Assembly (NCBI GenBank): GCA_041675185.1
Contig: JBAYUH010000002.1
Coordinates: 1,052 to 65,051, forward strand
Length of the DNA: 64,000 nucleotides
Direction of reading: 5' to 3'
From: Candidatus Magasanikiibacteriota bacterium
Lineage (GTDB): Bacteria; Patescibacteriota; Patescibacteriia; Magasanikbacterales; UBA922
Positions 48,331-58,196 of this stretch are shown here, one piece after another (position 1 is the first letter of the stretch; each line of letters begins with the position of its first letter). A model generated the notes under the pieces. It saw only the letters and a list, made by a program, of their open reading frames with translations, did not search any database and was not told the DNA's origin. The position numbers and the translations under genes are program-made.

Positions 48331-49629
48331 ATGGCTATAAGCATTTTGACAATTATTTTTCTAGTGTTATTTTCTATTTTAGCTTGGCGAAATTTTGCTT
48401 ATGCTTTGTTTTTATTTTTTGTTTTGTTACCAAGCTATGTCTTGAGATTTCAAATAGGTCCCTTACCTGCTACTTTGTTAGAATTACAATTTGCGATTAT
48501 TTTTATTTTTGGAATTTACAAATTTCACAAACAAATTTCTACGCAACTGAAATTTTATTTCAAAAAATATCCTTACTTCTTTTTTTTCTTACTACTTTTT
48601 GTATTAGCTTCTATTATTTCCATTTTTACCAGTGCAGATATAAGAAAAGCTCTTGGTGAATGGAAAGCTTTTTATATCGAGCCTATTTTATTTTTCTTAA
48701 TATTGCTTGGTTTGGATAAAAAATATAGCCAAAATTTGACTACAGCAATTTTGCTTTGTGGACTTGTTACTTCTCTACTAGCAATTTTCCAACACTTTAC
48801 TGGCTTTCTAGTGCCTCATGCTTTTTGGGAAAATCAAAATACTTATAGAGTTACGGCTTGGTATGGTTTCCCAAATGGTGTTGGATTATTTTTAGCTCCG
48901 CTTTTTGCCTTAGCTTTTTACAATATTTTCAAATACAAAAAAATAAATTGGCAGACTATCATTGCCATCTTGTTTATTCCCACAAATATTCTAGCAATAT
49001 TCTTTGCCAAATCTACTGGCGCTCTAATTGCTATAGCTGGAACAATTTTCCTCTTATTATTTTTTTACAAAAAAACTAGATTATTAATAACTATTTTTAC
49101 AATTACCGGATTTGTTTTGTTATTTTCTTTATCACAATTAGCTAGTATCAAAACAGAAATCACTATGCAAGACAGATCCGGACAAATCCGTCTTGGTATT
49201 TGGCGTGATACAGCAAATTTTCTCAAAGATCACCCTCTTACTGGCTCAGGTATAGCTTCTTATAATTTACGCATTGTACCATATCACCAAAAAGTAAATG
49301 GTGAAAAAATTGAAATCTTTCACCATCCTCACAATATATTCCTAACTATCTGGATCAATACAGGAATACTAGGACTAATAGCATTCTTAGGAATTTTGTT
49401 CAATATTTTTTATCTAAATATTTTTGAAAAAAAGTTGACTACACAAAATTATATTGTTTTAGTTAGTCTAATAAGTTTATTAATCACTGGTTTGGTGGAT
49501 TCACCTATTATAAAAAATGATTTAGCAATAGTATTTTGGTTTATTGTATTTTTGAATATTATACCTAATCAAAATGGAGAGATGTCTGAGTTGGTTGAAG
49601 GTGCCGCTCTCGAAAAGCGGTGTATCTGA
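48331..49629 (+). CDS. O-antigen ligase/polymerase-like (Wzy_C) membrane protein. The annotated 3' end runs 54 nt into the tRNA-Ser gene
   Basis: Polytopic 432-aa protein with a Wzy_C-like loop region. The stop codon TGA lies inside the tRNA. Confidence 0.45.
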   Translation: MAISILTIIFLVLFSILAWRNFAYALFLFFVLLPSYVLRFQIGPLPATLLELQFAIIFIFGIYKFHKQISTQLKFYFKKYPYFFFFLLLFVLASIISIFTSADIRKALGEWKAFYIEPILFFLILLGLDKKYSQNLTTAILLCGLVTSLLAIFQHFTGFLVPHAFWENQNTYRVTAWYGFPNGVGLFLAPLFALAFYNIFKYKKINWQTIIAILFIPTNILAIFFAKSTGALIAIAGTIFLLLFFYKKTRLLITIFTITGFVLLFSLSQLASIKTEITMQDRSGQIRLGIWRDTANFLKDHPLTGSGIASYNLRIVPYHQKVNGEKIEIFHHPHNIFLTIWINTGILGLIAFLGILFNIFYLNIFEKKLTTQNYIVLVSLISLLITGLVDSPIIKNDLAIVFWFIVFLNIIPNQNGEMSELVEGAALEKRCI

Positions 49630-49666
49630 AAGGGTACCGAGGGTTCGAATCCCTCTCTCTCCGCCA
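49576..49666 (+). tRNA. tRNA-Ser (anticodon CGA), CCA encoded
   Basis: Acceptor GGAGAGA/TCTCTCC, anticodon stem CCGCT/AGCGG with loop CTCGAAA, a long variable arm, T-arm GAGGGTTCGAATCCCTC, and a terminal GCCA. Confidence 0.9.
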
Positions 49667-49961
49667 ATTTTCAAACAAACGTCAATTTGGGAAATAAGGC
49701 TATATATTTTGTGAGTTGTTTCTGGATTGAATGAAAACCTTTTAATAAATTTATACATATTTTTATCTTATATATTAATTATATTTGATTGTATGCGATT
49801 ATATTGGTTTTATTAAATGTACATAGATAAATATGCAATAATTTATCTTAACCTGAATTGAGTCATTTATTTTCTAACTTTGCGTGTTTAAATTTCGGTT
49901 GACTGGTGGGCTAAAACGGCCTATACTAAACTACAGCGTTTACCCATTTTTTAATAAAATT

Positions 49962-50858
49962 ATGGACAAAAAGATTTTGGAACATTACCTAAAATTTAGT
50001 ACTTTCACTAACCCAGGTTGTTATAAAGATTTTTTGAAAAAATTACCTGATGACGTTAAAGAACTTGGTAATTTGATAAGCCACCAAATTATTCATCGCA
50101 TAACATTAAAAGACGGGAATACAAATACCAACAGTGATAAGAAATATGGAGACATGAAAAAATTCCCATGGTATAGATTGAGATGTGAGGACGGGGTTTT
50201 AACAAATACGGTAGCTATGATTGCTGAACTACTAAGGCTGGACGATAAAGGCTTCCTATCAGATAGAAAAGTTGAAAATAAGATTGTTGTAACTTGTAGG
50301 TATGTGGCCATACTAATGGCCTCGATTTTAAAATCAAAAGGCATTCCTTGTCGTGTTCGTTCTGGTTTTGCACCATATTTTTTTAAAGGTAGTCATGATC
50401 ATTGGATAAACCAATATTGGAACAAAAATAAAGAAAAATGGGTTACTTTTGATGCCGACGGATTCTTTGAAGGCTTCTTAAAATTTGACCAGTATGACAT
50501 ACCAACAGAAAAATTTGATTGGTCTGCTAATACTTGGCTTGGAATACGAAACGGTCAACTCAAAGCAGATAATTTTATCAACGCCGGCGGTTTTAATGGC
50601 CTAATGCCTGTAATGTGGGAATTATTTTATGATTTCCATTGTCTAATGAACAACGAAATCACCTATACTCAAATGCCGAGCTATGTACATTCAAAATTTG
50701 ATAAACTAACAGAAATTGATTTCAAAAAACTCGACGAATTGGCAGAATTAATGTTAGACCCTGATAAGAATTTTAACAAACTCTTTAAAGTCTGGAACAC
50801 AAAAAAGAAATTCAGAATTTTGAACGATACGCTTATTGGAGATGTTGATCATATATAA
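49962..50858 (+). CDS. Transglutaminase-like cysteine-protease-fold domain protein
   Basis: Core motif TCRYVAILMASILKSKGIPCRVRSGF (G-C-x2-fA...R..GIPaR.V.G) followed by HDHWINQYW...WVTFDAD, giving a Cys/His/Asp triad. The ATG at 49962 is preferred over the GTG at 49884. Confidence 0.55.
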   Translation: MDKKILEHYLKFSTFTNPGCYKDFLKKLPDDVKELGNLISHQIIHRITLKDGNTNTNSDKKYGDMKKFPWYRLRCEDGVLTNTVAMIAELLRLDDKGFLSDRKVENKIVVTCRYVAILMASILKSKGIPCRVRSGFAPYFFKGSHDHWINQYWNKNKEKWVTFDADGFFEGFLKFDQYDIPTEKFDWSANTWLGIRNGQLKADNFINAGGFNGLMPVMWELFYDFHCLMNNEITYTQMPSYVHSKFDKLTEIDFKKLDELAELMLDPDKNFNKLFKVWNTKKKFRILNDTLIGDVDHI

Positions 50859-50866
50859 AATTTGTC

Positions 50867-51406
50867 ATGCTTACCAAAGAACAACAAAAATGGCTTGATC
50901 ATCTAAGCGATATCAAAAAGATAGCCATTGTTCCGTATAATCCAAAAACAAAAGAAGTGTTTAAAATAATCAAAGCAGAGTTAACAAAAATACTGGGTAA
51001 GGTAAGAATATCGCACCGAGGCTCAACAGCCATGAGAATATCAGGGCAAGGCGAAATTGATCTTTATATTCCTGTTTGCAAAAAAGATTTTAATGATACT
51101 GTTGCCAAATTGGTAAAATATTTAGGTGAAGCAGGTAGTTTATACGAATATAAACGAGCAAGATTTATAAAATACATAGATGGTATTAAGATTGAGATAT
51201 TTGTTATTAACAAAAATGATAGTAGTTGGAAAACTAGTATAAAATTTGAGAAATACTTAAAAGGCAATTCTAAAGCTTTGGCCGAATATGAAAGATTAAA
51301 AAACAGAGCGAATGGTCAATCTATAAGAAAATATTACACTTTAAAAACAATCTTTATAAACAAAATTTTACAAAAAATTGATTATGAAAATCCGTCTAGC
51401 TCGTGA
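50867..51406 (+). CDS. GrpB/UPF0157-family nucleotidyltransferase-fold protein
   Basis: ISHRGSTAMRISGQGEIDLYIPV and IEIFVINKNDSSWKTSIKFEKYLKGNSKALAEYERLK match the GrpB pattern (hIGSTaVpG...IDi...). Confidence 0.55.
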   Translation: MLTKEQQKWLDHLSDIKKIAIVPYNPKTKEVFKIIKAELTKILGKVRISHRGSTAMRISGQGEIDLYIPVCKKDFNDTVAKLVKYLGEAGSLYEYKRARFIKYIDGIKIEIFVINKNDSSWKTSIKFEKYLKGNSKALAEYERLKNRANGQSIRKYYTLKTIFINKILQKIDYENPSSS

Positions 51407-51848
51407 TGAAGACTATGTTGTTATAGCACGACTACATCGTCAAACAATTCGCCAAGTAAATAAAAAAGATTATAATAAAGAACAAATCAGAGTTTGGTCT
51501 GGTCGTACCAGCACAAAACGTTTTCGTGAAAGCGCCCACATGTGCAAAAGATGGGTAGCTCTTGATACTGAAAAAGTTATTGGTTTCGCCGATCACCCTT
51601 TGGACAAATGCGTTTTATGGGGTTTATTTGTTCACAAAGATTACATTGGGAAAAGTGTGGGAAGTAAGTTGATAAAAAAAGTCGAAGCTTCACTACTCAA
51701 ACAAGGTTGTAAAAATATAAAAATAGAATCAACAATTACTGCCAAAGAATTTTATAAAAAACAAGGTTATAAAGTTAGAAAAAAAAGTTTTCATCAATTT
51801 GAAAATCAAAAAGTGGAAACTTATATTTTATCAAAAAAAATAAAATAA
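51384..51848 (+). CDS. GNAT-family N-acetyltransferase
   Basis: Acetyl-CoA motif A region VIGFADHPL...LWGLFVHKDYIGKSVGSKLIKKVE and C-terminal FYKKQGYKV. Overlaps the previous gene by 23 nt. Confidence 0.7.
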   Translation: MKIRLARDEDYVVIARLHRQTIRQVNKKDYNKEQIRVWSGRTSTKRFRESAHMCKRWVALDTEKVIGFADHPLDKCVLWGLFVHKDYIGKSVGSKLIKKVEASLLKQGCKNIKIESTITAKEFYKKQGYKVRKKSFHQFENQKVETYILSKKIK

Positions 51849-51871
51849 CCATTATTTATAACCACAACAAA

Positions 51872-51905
51872 AAGGCAACTGTTTAGAGCAGTTGCCTTTT
51901 AAGTT
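51872..51905. terminator. Bidirectional rho-independent terminator between the GNAT gene and convergent rpsA
   Basis: Hairpin aaggcaactg-tttagag-cagttgcctt followed by a T-run. Confidence 0.7.
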
Positions 51906-51916
51906 TTTCGAGCCTT

Positions 51917-53155
51917 TTATTTTTTAGTTTCTTCTACCTTTTTTTCAGCTTTCTTTTCTTTTTTTTCTTCTACTTTTTCTTCGTCTATCGAAGCCTTAGC
52001 GGAGGAGGATTTTTCCTCTTCTACTTTTTCTTCAACTTTCTTTTCTTTCTTATCTTCTACTTTATCTTCTTTTTTACCAACACCTTCTAATTTCAAACCT
52101 AGACGATGTTCAGCTGGTTCTATAGAGATAATTTCAAAGTTGTATTTTTTACTAACTTCAAATTTGGAAAGAAGCATCTTAGTATCTGAAACACGTTTAT
52201 CACTAAGATCAGAGATATGAGCTAGACCATGAATTTCATTGTCTAGTTTTACCATTAGACCAAAAGGTTCAATTTTGTGTACTTCAGCATTGACAATTTG
52301 TCCAACTTTGTAAGTATCTTTTACTTTTTTCCAAGGATCAATAATAAGCCTCTTGATAGATAAATAAATTTTTGATTTGTTCAAATCAATAATTTGAGCT
52401 TTGATTTTGTCACCAACTTTCAATATTTCACGAGGATGACTAATTCTTTGCCAAACAATTTCAGAAATATGAACAAGACCTTCCAAATTGGTACCAAATT
52501 TTATAAAAGCACCAAATGAAGTAAGAGCACTCACTTCTCCTTCTACAATGTCACCAACACTATAAGAATCAAGTACGTTTTTTTGTTCTTCTTCCCAAAC
52601 TTCTTTTTCAGAGAAAATAAGTTTTTCATCATCCATGTCAGCTGTAATAACTTTTACTTTGATAGTCTCACCAATAAATTTTCTCAAATGTTCCAAAATT
52701 CTATTTTTGTCACCACCTTGTACACGTGGGTAATTATTTGGATTCAATTGTGATACTGGCATGAAACCTACCAAGGCATCAGATTGAAGCATAAGACCAC
52801 CTTTGTTGGCAGCCAAAATTTTTGCTTTGACAATGTCACCTGTTTTGACATGTTCAGCCATTCTACTCCAAACCAATTTGTTTCCAGCAACACGGAAAGA
52901 TAATTCCATTTCACCGTTTTCATTTTCATCATCTATAACAGTAGCTTCTACTTCAGTACCTACTTTTATATCTGTAAATTCTTTTGATTCAGAAAATAAT
53001 TCTGGACCACGGACAACACCAACAATAAGTCCGCTAACGTCAACACGAACTTCGCCTTTATCTATAGCGATAATTTTACCTTTTACCAAATCTCCAACTT
53101 TTGGAATGTTGGCAAAGTAGTCTTTTAAAAGTTCTTCAAAACTTTGACTAGACAT
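51917..53155 (-). CDS. rpsA: 30S ribosomal protein S1-like (four S1 domains) with Lys/Glu-rich repetitive C-terminal tail
   Basis: Four recognisable S1 OB-fold repeats, e.g. GDIVKAKILAANKGGLML and GDIVEGEVSALTSFGAFIKF. The tail is KKVEEKVEEEK-type. Confidence 0.6.
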   Translation of the reverse strand: MSSQSFEELLKDYFANIPKVGDLVKGKIIAIDKGEVRVDVSGLIVGVVRGPELFSESKEFTDIKVGTEVEATVIDDENENGEMELSFRVAGNKLVWSRMAEHVKTGDIVKAKILAANKGGLMLQSDALVGFMPVSQLNPNNYPRVQGGDKNRILEHLRKFIGETIKVKVITADMDDEKLIFSEKEVWEEEQKNVLDSYSVGDIVEGEVSALTSFGAFIKFGTNLEGLVHISEIVWQRISHPREILKVGDKIKAQIIDLNKSKIYLSIKRLIIDPWKKVKDTYKVGQIVNAEVHKIEPFGLMVKLDNEIHGLAHISDLSDKRVSDTKMLLSKFEVSKKYNFEIISIEPAEHRLGLKLEGVGKKEDKVEDKKEKKVEEKVEEEKSSSAKASIDEEKVEEKKEKKAEKKVEETKK

Positions 53156-53402
53156 AAATTAATAATTTAACCCGCTTTTGCGAGCCCTCAAATATTGAGG
53201 TTTAATAAAAAGCCTTTTTGTACCTAATTTAGACAAAATTTAAGGCTCGAATACTATAACAAATGATGTAATTTTTGTCAAGAATGAAGCAATACAACAC
53301 CCAAACACTAACACCTTGGTACTTAAACAAAAACACCCACAAATTATTAGTAGGGTGTTTTTATGTTTTAATGTTTTTATGATTTAATATTTTAATGAAA
53401 AA

Positions 53403-55910
53403 TTACACAAAAGCAATCGCAGCAATCTTATCATTTGGATCTTTGAAACGCATAATACGTACTCCCTGAGTAGCTCTACCCAAAGTAGAAATACTTTTCA
53501 AAGATGTACGAATTACCTGTCCTTTGACAGAAACAATCATAATATCTTTTTCTTCTGTAATATTGACTATCTGACTACTTATGATTTTACCTGTTTTGGT
53601 TGTAATAGCCATAGTCTTGATACCACTACCACCACGACCTTGGACTTTGTATTCATTGATTTTGGTCTTCTTACCCATACCATTTTCAGATACTACTAAT
53701 AATTCCAATACTTTCATTTTGACTAGACTGTTGTCAATAATACTCATACCCACGACTTCATCAGTGGATTTCAATTTGATAGCTCTCACACCAGAAGCAG
53801 TACGGCCCATAGCTCGGACATCTTTTTCTTTGAACCTGATAGATTGACCCAAGGATGTCGTAATCATAATATCATTGTTGCCAGCAGTTGGCTGAACCCA
53901 TTCAAGCATATCATTTTCTTTCAATTTCAAAGCAATGAGTCCTGATTTACGAACATTTTTGAAATCTTCAATTTTTGTTTTCTTGATATTTCCTTTACTT
54001 GTCACCATGATCAAAGATTCATAACTACTAAGATTTTCTAATGACAAAAATATAGAAACTTTTTCATTTGGTGCTAGTTGTAAGAAATTGACCAAAGCCT
54101 GACCTTTGGAGGTACGAGTAGCTTGTGGAATATCATAAGCACTAAGTTGGAAAACGCGTCCACGAGTAGTGAAGAAAAGAATATTGTCATGAGTGTTGGT
54201 AGAAATTATTTTATCTACCACGTCTTCTTCTTTGGTAGTCAAACCAATCACACCTTTTCCACCACGACTTTGTTGCTTGAAAGTGTCTGGTGGCAAACGT
54301 TTGATATAACCATCACGACTAGAGATAATAAGTGTTGGCTCATTTGGTACCAAATCTTCAATATTGAATTCTTTGACACCATGAGAAATAATTTGAGTAC
54401 GTCTTTCATTACTATAAGACATCTTAATAGAAGTGATTTCTTCTTTGATAAGATTCAAAATTTTCTTTTCACTCTTGAGCAAAGCTTCTAAATCAGCAAT
54501 AATTTTTTGTTTTTCTTTTAGTTCGTCTTCTATTTTCTTGCGCTCAAGATTTGCTAGTTGTTGTAATTTCATTTCAAGAATAGCTGTAGTTTGTCTTTCA
54601 CTAAAACTAAATTTACTCATCAAATTTACTTTGGCCTCTTCTTTGTCTTTTGATTTGCGGATCAAAGAAATAATTAGATCAATTTTGTCCAATGCTTTTT
54701 TGAGACCTTCCAAAATATGAGCCCGATCCAATGCTTTGTCCAATTCGAATTGAGTACGACGACGAATAACTATTTGACGATGTTTCAAATATTCTTCCAA
54801 AACTGTTTTCAAATTCAAAACTCTAGGTTGAATACCATCTACCAGCGCCAACATATTGACATGAAAAGTAGTTTGTAATTGAGTGAGTTTGAAAAGTCTA
54901 TTCAAAATCTTTTTTGGATAAGCATCTTTTTTTATTTCAATTACAATACGTACACCATCTCTATTGGATTCATCACGCAAATCTTTGATACCTTCCAACT
55001 TTTTCTCTTGTACCAACATAGCTATCTTTTCTATCAAGGTAGCTTTGTTTACTTGGTAAGGAACTTCTGTAATAATAATATTTGTTCTATCCCCTTTGTC
55101 AGTTTCTTGAATATCTGTCTTAGCACGCATCACAATACCACCACGACCAGTAGCATAAGCAGCTGCTATGTCTTTTTTATTATAAATAATTCCCCCAGTT
55201 GGAAAATCTGGACCTTTGATATATTCAGTCAATTCTTCAATACTTAATTTTGGATTTTCAATCAAGGCCATTATGCCATCACAAAGCTCAGACAAATTGT
55301 GAGGAGGAATATTTGTCGCCATACCCACAGCAATACCCATACTACCATTCAAAAGCAAATTTGGTAATTTGGCTGGCAACACTCTTGGTTCTTTGTAAGA
55401 ACCATCATAAGTTGGCACAAAATCAACTGTATTTTTGTCAATATCTACAATCAATTCTTCGGCAATAGCTCGCAATTTGGCTTCAGTATAACGCATAGCA
55501 GCTGCACTGTCTCCATCCATAGAACCAAAATTACCCTGACCATGGACAAGCATCTCACGCATGTTGAAATCCTGAGCCATACGTACCAAAGAATCATAAA
55601 TAGCACTGTCACCATGTGGATGGAATTTGGCCATCACCTCACCAACTACGTGAGCTGATTTCTTGGACTTGGCAGTATGTTTTAGACCCAAACCCCACAT
55701 CGCATAGAGAATACGACGATGTACTGGTTTTAGACCATCACGAACATCTGGCAAAGCACGAGAAACAATCACACTCATAGCATAGTCCAGATAAGATGTT
55801 TCCATTTCTTGTACCAAATTTATTGGTTCAATTTTTTCGACAATTTCCCCCTCTACAACACTTTCATCTGTATTATTTTTAGATTTTTGAATACTTTTCA
55901 AACGTGGCAT
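53403..55910 (-). CDS. gyrA: DNA gyrase subunit A
   Basis: YAMSVIVSRALPDVRDGLKPVHRRILYAM, an active-site Tyr in AAMRYTEAKL, and a GyrA-box QQSRGGKGV in the CTD; 835 aa. Confidence 0.9.
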   Translation of the reverse strand: MPRLKSIQKSKNNTDESVVEGEIVEKIEPINLVQEMETSYLDYAMSVIVSRALPDVRDGLKPVHRRILYAMWGLGLKHTAKSKKSAHVVGEVMAKFHPHGDSAIYDSLVRMAQDFNMREMLVHGQGNFGSMDGDSAAAMRYTEAKLRAIAEELIVDIDKNTVDFVPTYDGSYKEPRVLPAKLPNLLLNGSMGIAVGMATNIPPHNLSELCDGIMALIENPKLSIEELTEYIKGPDFPTGGIIYNKKDIAAAYATGRGGIVMRAKTDIQETDKGDRTNIIITEVPYQVNKATLIEKIAMLVQEKKLEGIKDLRDESNRDGVRIVIEIKKDAYPKKILNRLFKLTQLQTTFHVNMLALVDGIQPRVLNLKTVLEEYLKHRQIVIRRRTQFELDKALDRAHILEGLKKALDKIDLIISLIRKSKDKEEAKVNLMSKFSFSERQTTAILEMKLQQLANLERKKIEDELKEKQKIIADLEALLKSEKKILNLIKEEITSIKMSYSNERRTQIISHGVKEFNIEDLVPNEPTLIISSRDGYIKRLPPDTFKQQSRGGKGVIGLTTKEEDVVDKIISTNTHDNILFFTTRGRVFQLSAYDIPQATRTSKGQALVNFLQLAPNEKVSIFLSLENLSSYESLIMVTSKGNIKKTKIEDFKNVRKSGLIALKLKENDMLEWVQPTAGNNDIMITTSLGQSIRFKEKDVRAMGRTASGVRAIKLKSTDEVVGMSIIDNSLVKMKVLELLVVSENGMGKKTKINEYKVQGRGGSGIKTMAITTKTGKIISSQIVNITEEKDIMIVSVKGQVIRTSLKSISTLGRATQGVRIMRFKDPNDKIAAIAFV

Positions 55911-55923
55911 AGATTTTAAATTA

Positions 55924-56520
55924 TTAATTTTTGGTTGTGGTGCTTACAAACAAACTATTTAAAGCATCTTGTAATTTTTGAAAATTATCAGTACTTGTAG
56001 TATTGGTTTCTACAGTACTACTAGTAGTCAAATTTTTCAAGTTTTCTGTTTTTTTATTTTGCCCATCATCAAAATTTTTGAAAATATTTTGCAATTCTCC
56101 TTTGCTATCTTGCAAAGAATCAAGTGGTCCGTTGGAATTACCTTTGTTGTCAAAAAATAAGTTGCCAATACTTAGTATCCATAAACCAAAAATGACAATG
56201 GTAAAGATTATTACTGCTGACCAAAGCCAGACTTTACTGTTTTTTGGTGAACTATAAATCTGAGCAGTTGTTTTCTTGATAGGTATAGAAATCTCTCTGG
56301 ATACAGGCACTTTTATACTTTCTTTCTCTTCTTTTTCTTCATTTACTTCATTTTGCTTATACATTTCTTGCATTATAGCAGATGGTAAATCTTTGACAGC
56401 TTTTTTGATATCTTGATTATTTTTTTTGGCTGTATTTTTACTCACCTGTTTTTTGGTTTTTCCAAATTTCTTATTTTTCTTTCCATCAAGACTGCTTTTT
56501 TTATTTTTTTTGACAGACAT
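55924..56520 (-). CDS. Hypothetical Lys-rich membrane protein
   Basis: Basic N-terminal ~60 aa, then a single TM VWLWSAVIIFTIVIFGLWIL. Confidence 0.4.
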   Translation of the reverse strand: MSVKKNKKSSLDGKKNKKFGKTKKQVSKNTAKKNNQDIKKAVKDLPSAIMQEMYKQNEVNEEKEEKESIKVPVSREISIPIKKTTAQIYSSPKNSKVWLWSAVIIFTIVIFGLWILSIGNLFFDNKGNSNGPLDSLQDSKGELQNIFKNFDDGQNKKTENLKNLTTSSTVETNTTSTDNFQKLQDALNSLFVSTTTKN

Positions 56521-56664
56521 ATATAAATTAATTTCAAATTTTTAATTTTCAATTTTAAAACAATTTTCAATTTTAAAAATTTTCAAATAATACCACAATA
56601 CTATTTACATTTAAAAAAATTTGTACTTTCGACTTTACGAACTTTATGGACTTTATGGATTTGT

Positions 56665-57279
56665 CTATTCCTTTTCCAAAACAACCACCATAGTATCTTC
56701 TTCTGGTAAATCTTTTTCTTTGATGATAACTTTCTTTTCTGGTGTACTATTTTTACTGCCAATTTCTTTGAGAAATGTATCTATGGCTTTGGCATCTGGA
56801 TCATTGTCAGAATTAAACGCATAAGGAATTACAATTTTTGGCTCAATTTCATTGATTAGCTTTATAGCATTTTCTGCATCAAAAGAATCTGGATGACCTA
56901 CAGGCAAACACAAAATATCAATATTAGAAAGAACTTCCAATTGTCTAGCAGTGAGTTGTTTTTTGATAATACCGACATGAGCCAAAGTCATATTTTCACT
57001 ATCAATACGCAACATGATTTGTCCAGCTTCGTGACCATCTACAGCAGTAATAAGTACACCTTTTGTGTCCACTTCGCCAGGTGTAGAAAAAACAAAAGGA
57101 TCACCTGACAAGGTAATAATATCTTTTTCACCACGAGTATAAAGAGCGATGTCTGGAGTCAGACTACGTGGACAAGCACCTTTTGTCTGTTTGTAAGCAT
57201 CTATAACTATAGTTACATCTTTTTCAAAAGGTTTTGTCTGAATTTTTATGGCACTATTGCCAAGCCAAGAAATATGCAT
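56665..57279 (-). CDS. Metallo-beta-lactamase-fold hydrolase-like protein (UPF0173-like, degenerate metal motifs)
   Basis: N-terminus MHISWLGNSAIKIQT..VTIVIDAY resembles MBL-fold UPF0173 proteins, but a clear HxHxDH is absent. Confidence 0.4.
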   Translation of the reverse strand: MHISWLGNSAIKIQTKPFEKDVTIVIDAYKQTKGACPRSLTPDIALYTRGEKDIITLSGDPFVFSTPGEVDTKGVLITAVDGHEAGQIMLRIDSENMTLAHVGIIKKQLTARQLEVLSNIDILCLPVGHPDSFDAENAIKLINEIEPKIVIPYAFNSDNDPDAKAIDTFLKEIGSKNSTPEKKVIIKEKDLPEEDTMVVVLEKE

Positions 57280-57444
57280 AAATTGATGTTTATTAAAGCT
57301 AAAAAGACCAAAAAGTCTGTAATTTAATCTTTATTTTTGTTTAAATACAGAGATATTATATATGATTTTAATCAATAAGACAAGACCTTATAACAGACCT
57401 TGTAACAATATAAAAAAAAATATATAATAAAGCTAAACAAACTT

Positions 57445-58158
57445 ATGTCTTATTACAAAATCATTTCCGAACTAAAAAATCTAGCCAACCCTACCAAAGC
57501 CAAACTTCTCTCTGGTTTTTTCAAAACTGGCAAAAATCAATATGGTGAAGGCGACAAATTTATTGGCATTACTGTCCCTGAACAAAGAAAAATTGCCAAA
57601 AAATATTATGAAAAAATAAGTTTTGGAGACTTGCAAAAAATACTAGAAAACAAAATTCATGAATATCGCCTAACAGCTCTCATAATTTTGTGTTACAAAT
57701 ATGAAAAAACCAAAGATGAAAATCTCAAAAAAGAAATCTACAATTTTTATATCAAAAATTTGCAATTTGTAAACAATTGGGATCTAGTAGATGTCACCAC
57801 TCCCAATATAGTTGGGAATTATTTATTTTATAATCAAAATAAAAAAAATATTATCTATAAATTAGTGAAATCAAAAAATCTTTGGGAAAGACGCGTAGCT
57901 ATTTTAGCTACATTCAAATTTATTAGAGAAAAACAATTTGAAGACAGTCTAAAAATCTCCGAAATACTACTTTTTGACAACCATGATCTAATTCACAAAG
58001 CAGTTGGCTGGATGCTACGAGAAATTGGCAAGAGAGATACGAAAGTTTTGATAAAATTTCTAAATCAACACACTACAAAAATGCCTCGCACCATGCTAAG
58101 ATACGCGATTGAAAAATTCCCAGAGGAAATAAGAAAAAATTATTTAAATAAAAAATAA
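57445..58158 (+). CDS. DNA alkylation repair protein (AlkD/AlkC-like HEAT-repeat glycosylase family)
   Basis: FFKTGKNQYGEGDKFIGITVPEQRKIAKKY matches the PF08713 N-terminal signature; 237 aa. Confidence 0.65.
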   Translation: MSYYKIISELKNLANPTKAKLLSGFFKTGKNQYGEGDKFIGITVPEQRKIAKKYYEKISFGDLQKILENKIHEYRLTALIILCYKYEKTKDENLKKEIYNFYIKNLQFVNNWDLVDVTTPNIVGNYLFYNQNKKNIIYKLVKSKNLWERRVAILATFKFIREKQFEDSLKISEILLFDNHDLIHKAVGWMLREIGKRDTKVLIKFLNQHTTKMPRTMLRYAIEKFPEEIRKNYLNKK

Positions 58159-58196
58159 TTCAATTACAACACTTTCAACATTTACAACATTCAACT

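Noticed and set aside
49522-49758. 78-aa minus-strand ORF
   Set aside because: It lies antisense across the tRNA-Ser gene and the AT-rich gap, so it is spurious.
51917-52100. KE-rich repetitive C-terminal tail of the S1 protein, and the RG-rich tail of the DEAD-box helicase, as separate repeat features
   Set aside because: These are low-complexity protein tails common in such proteins, not independent DNA-level elements.
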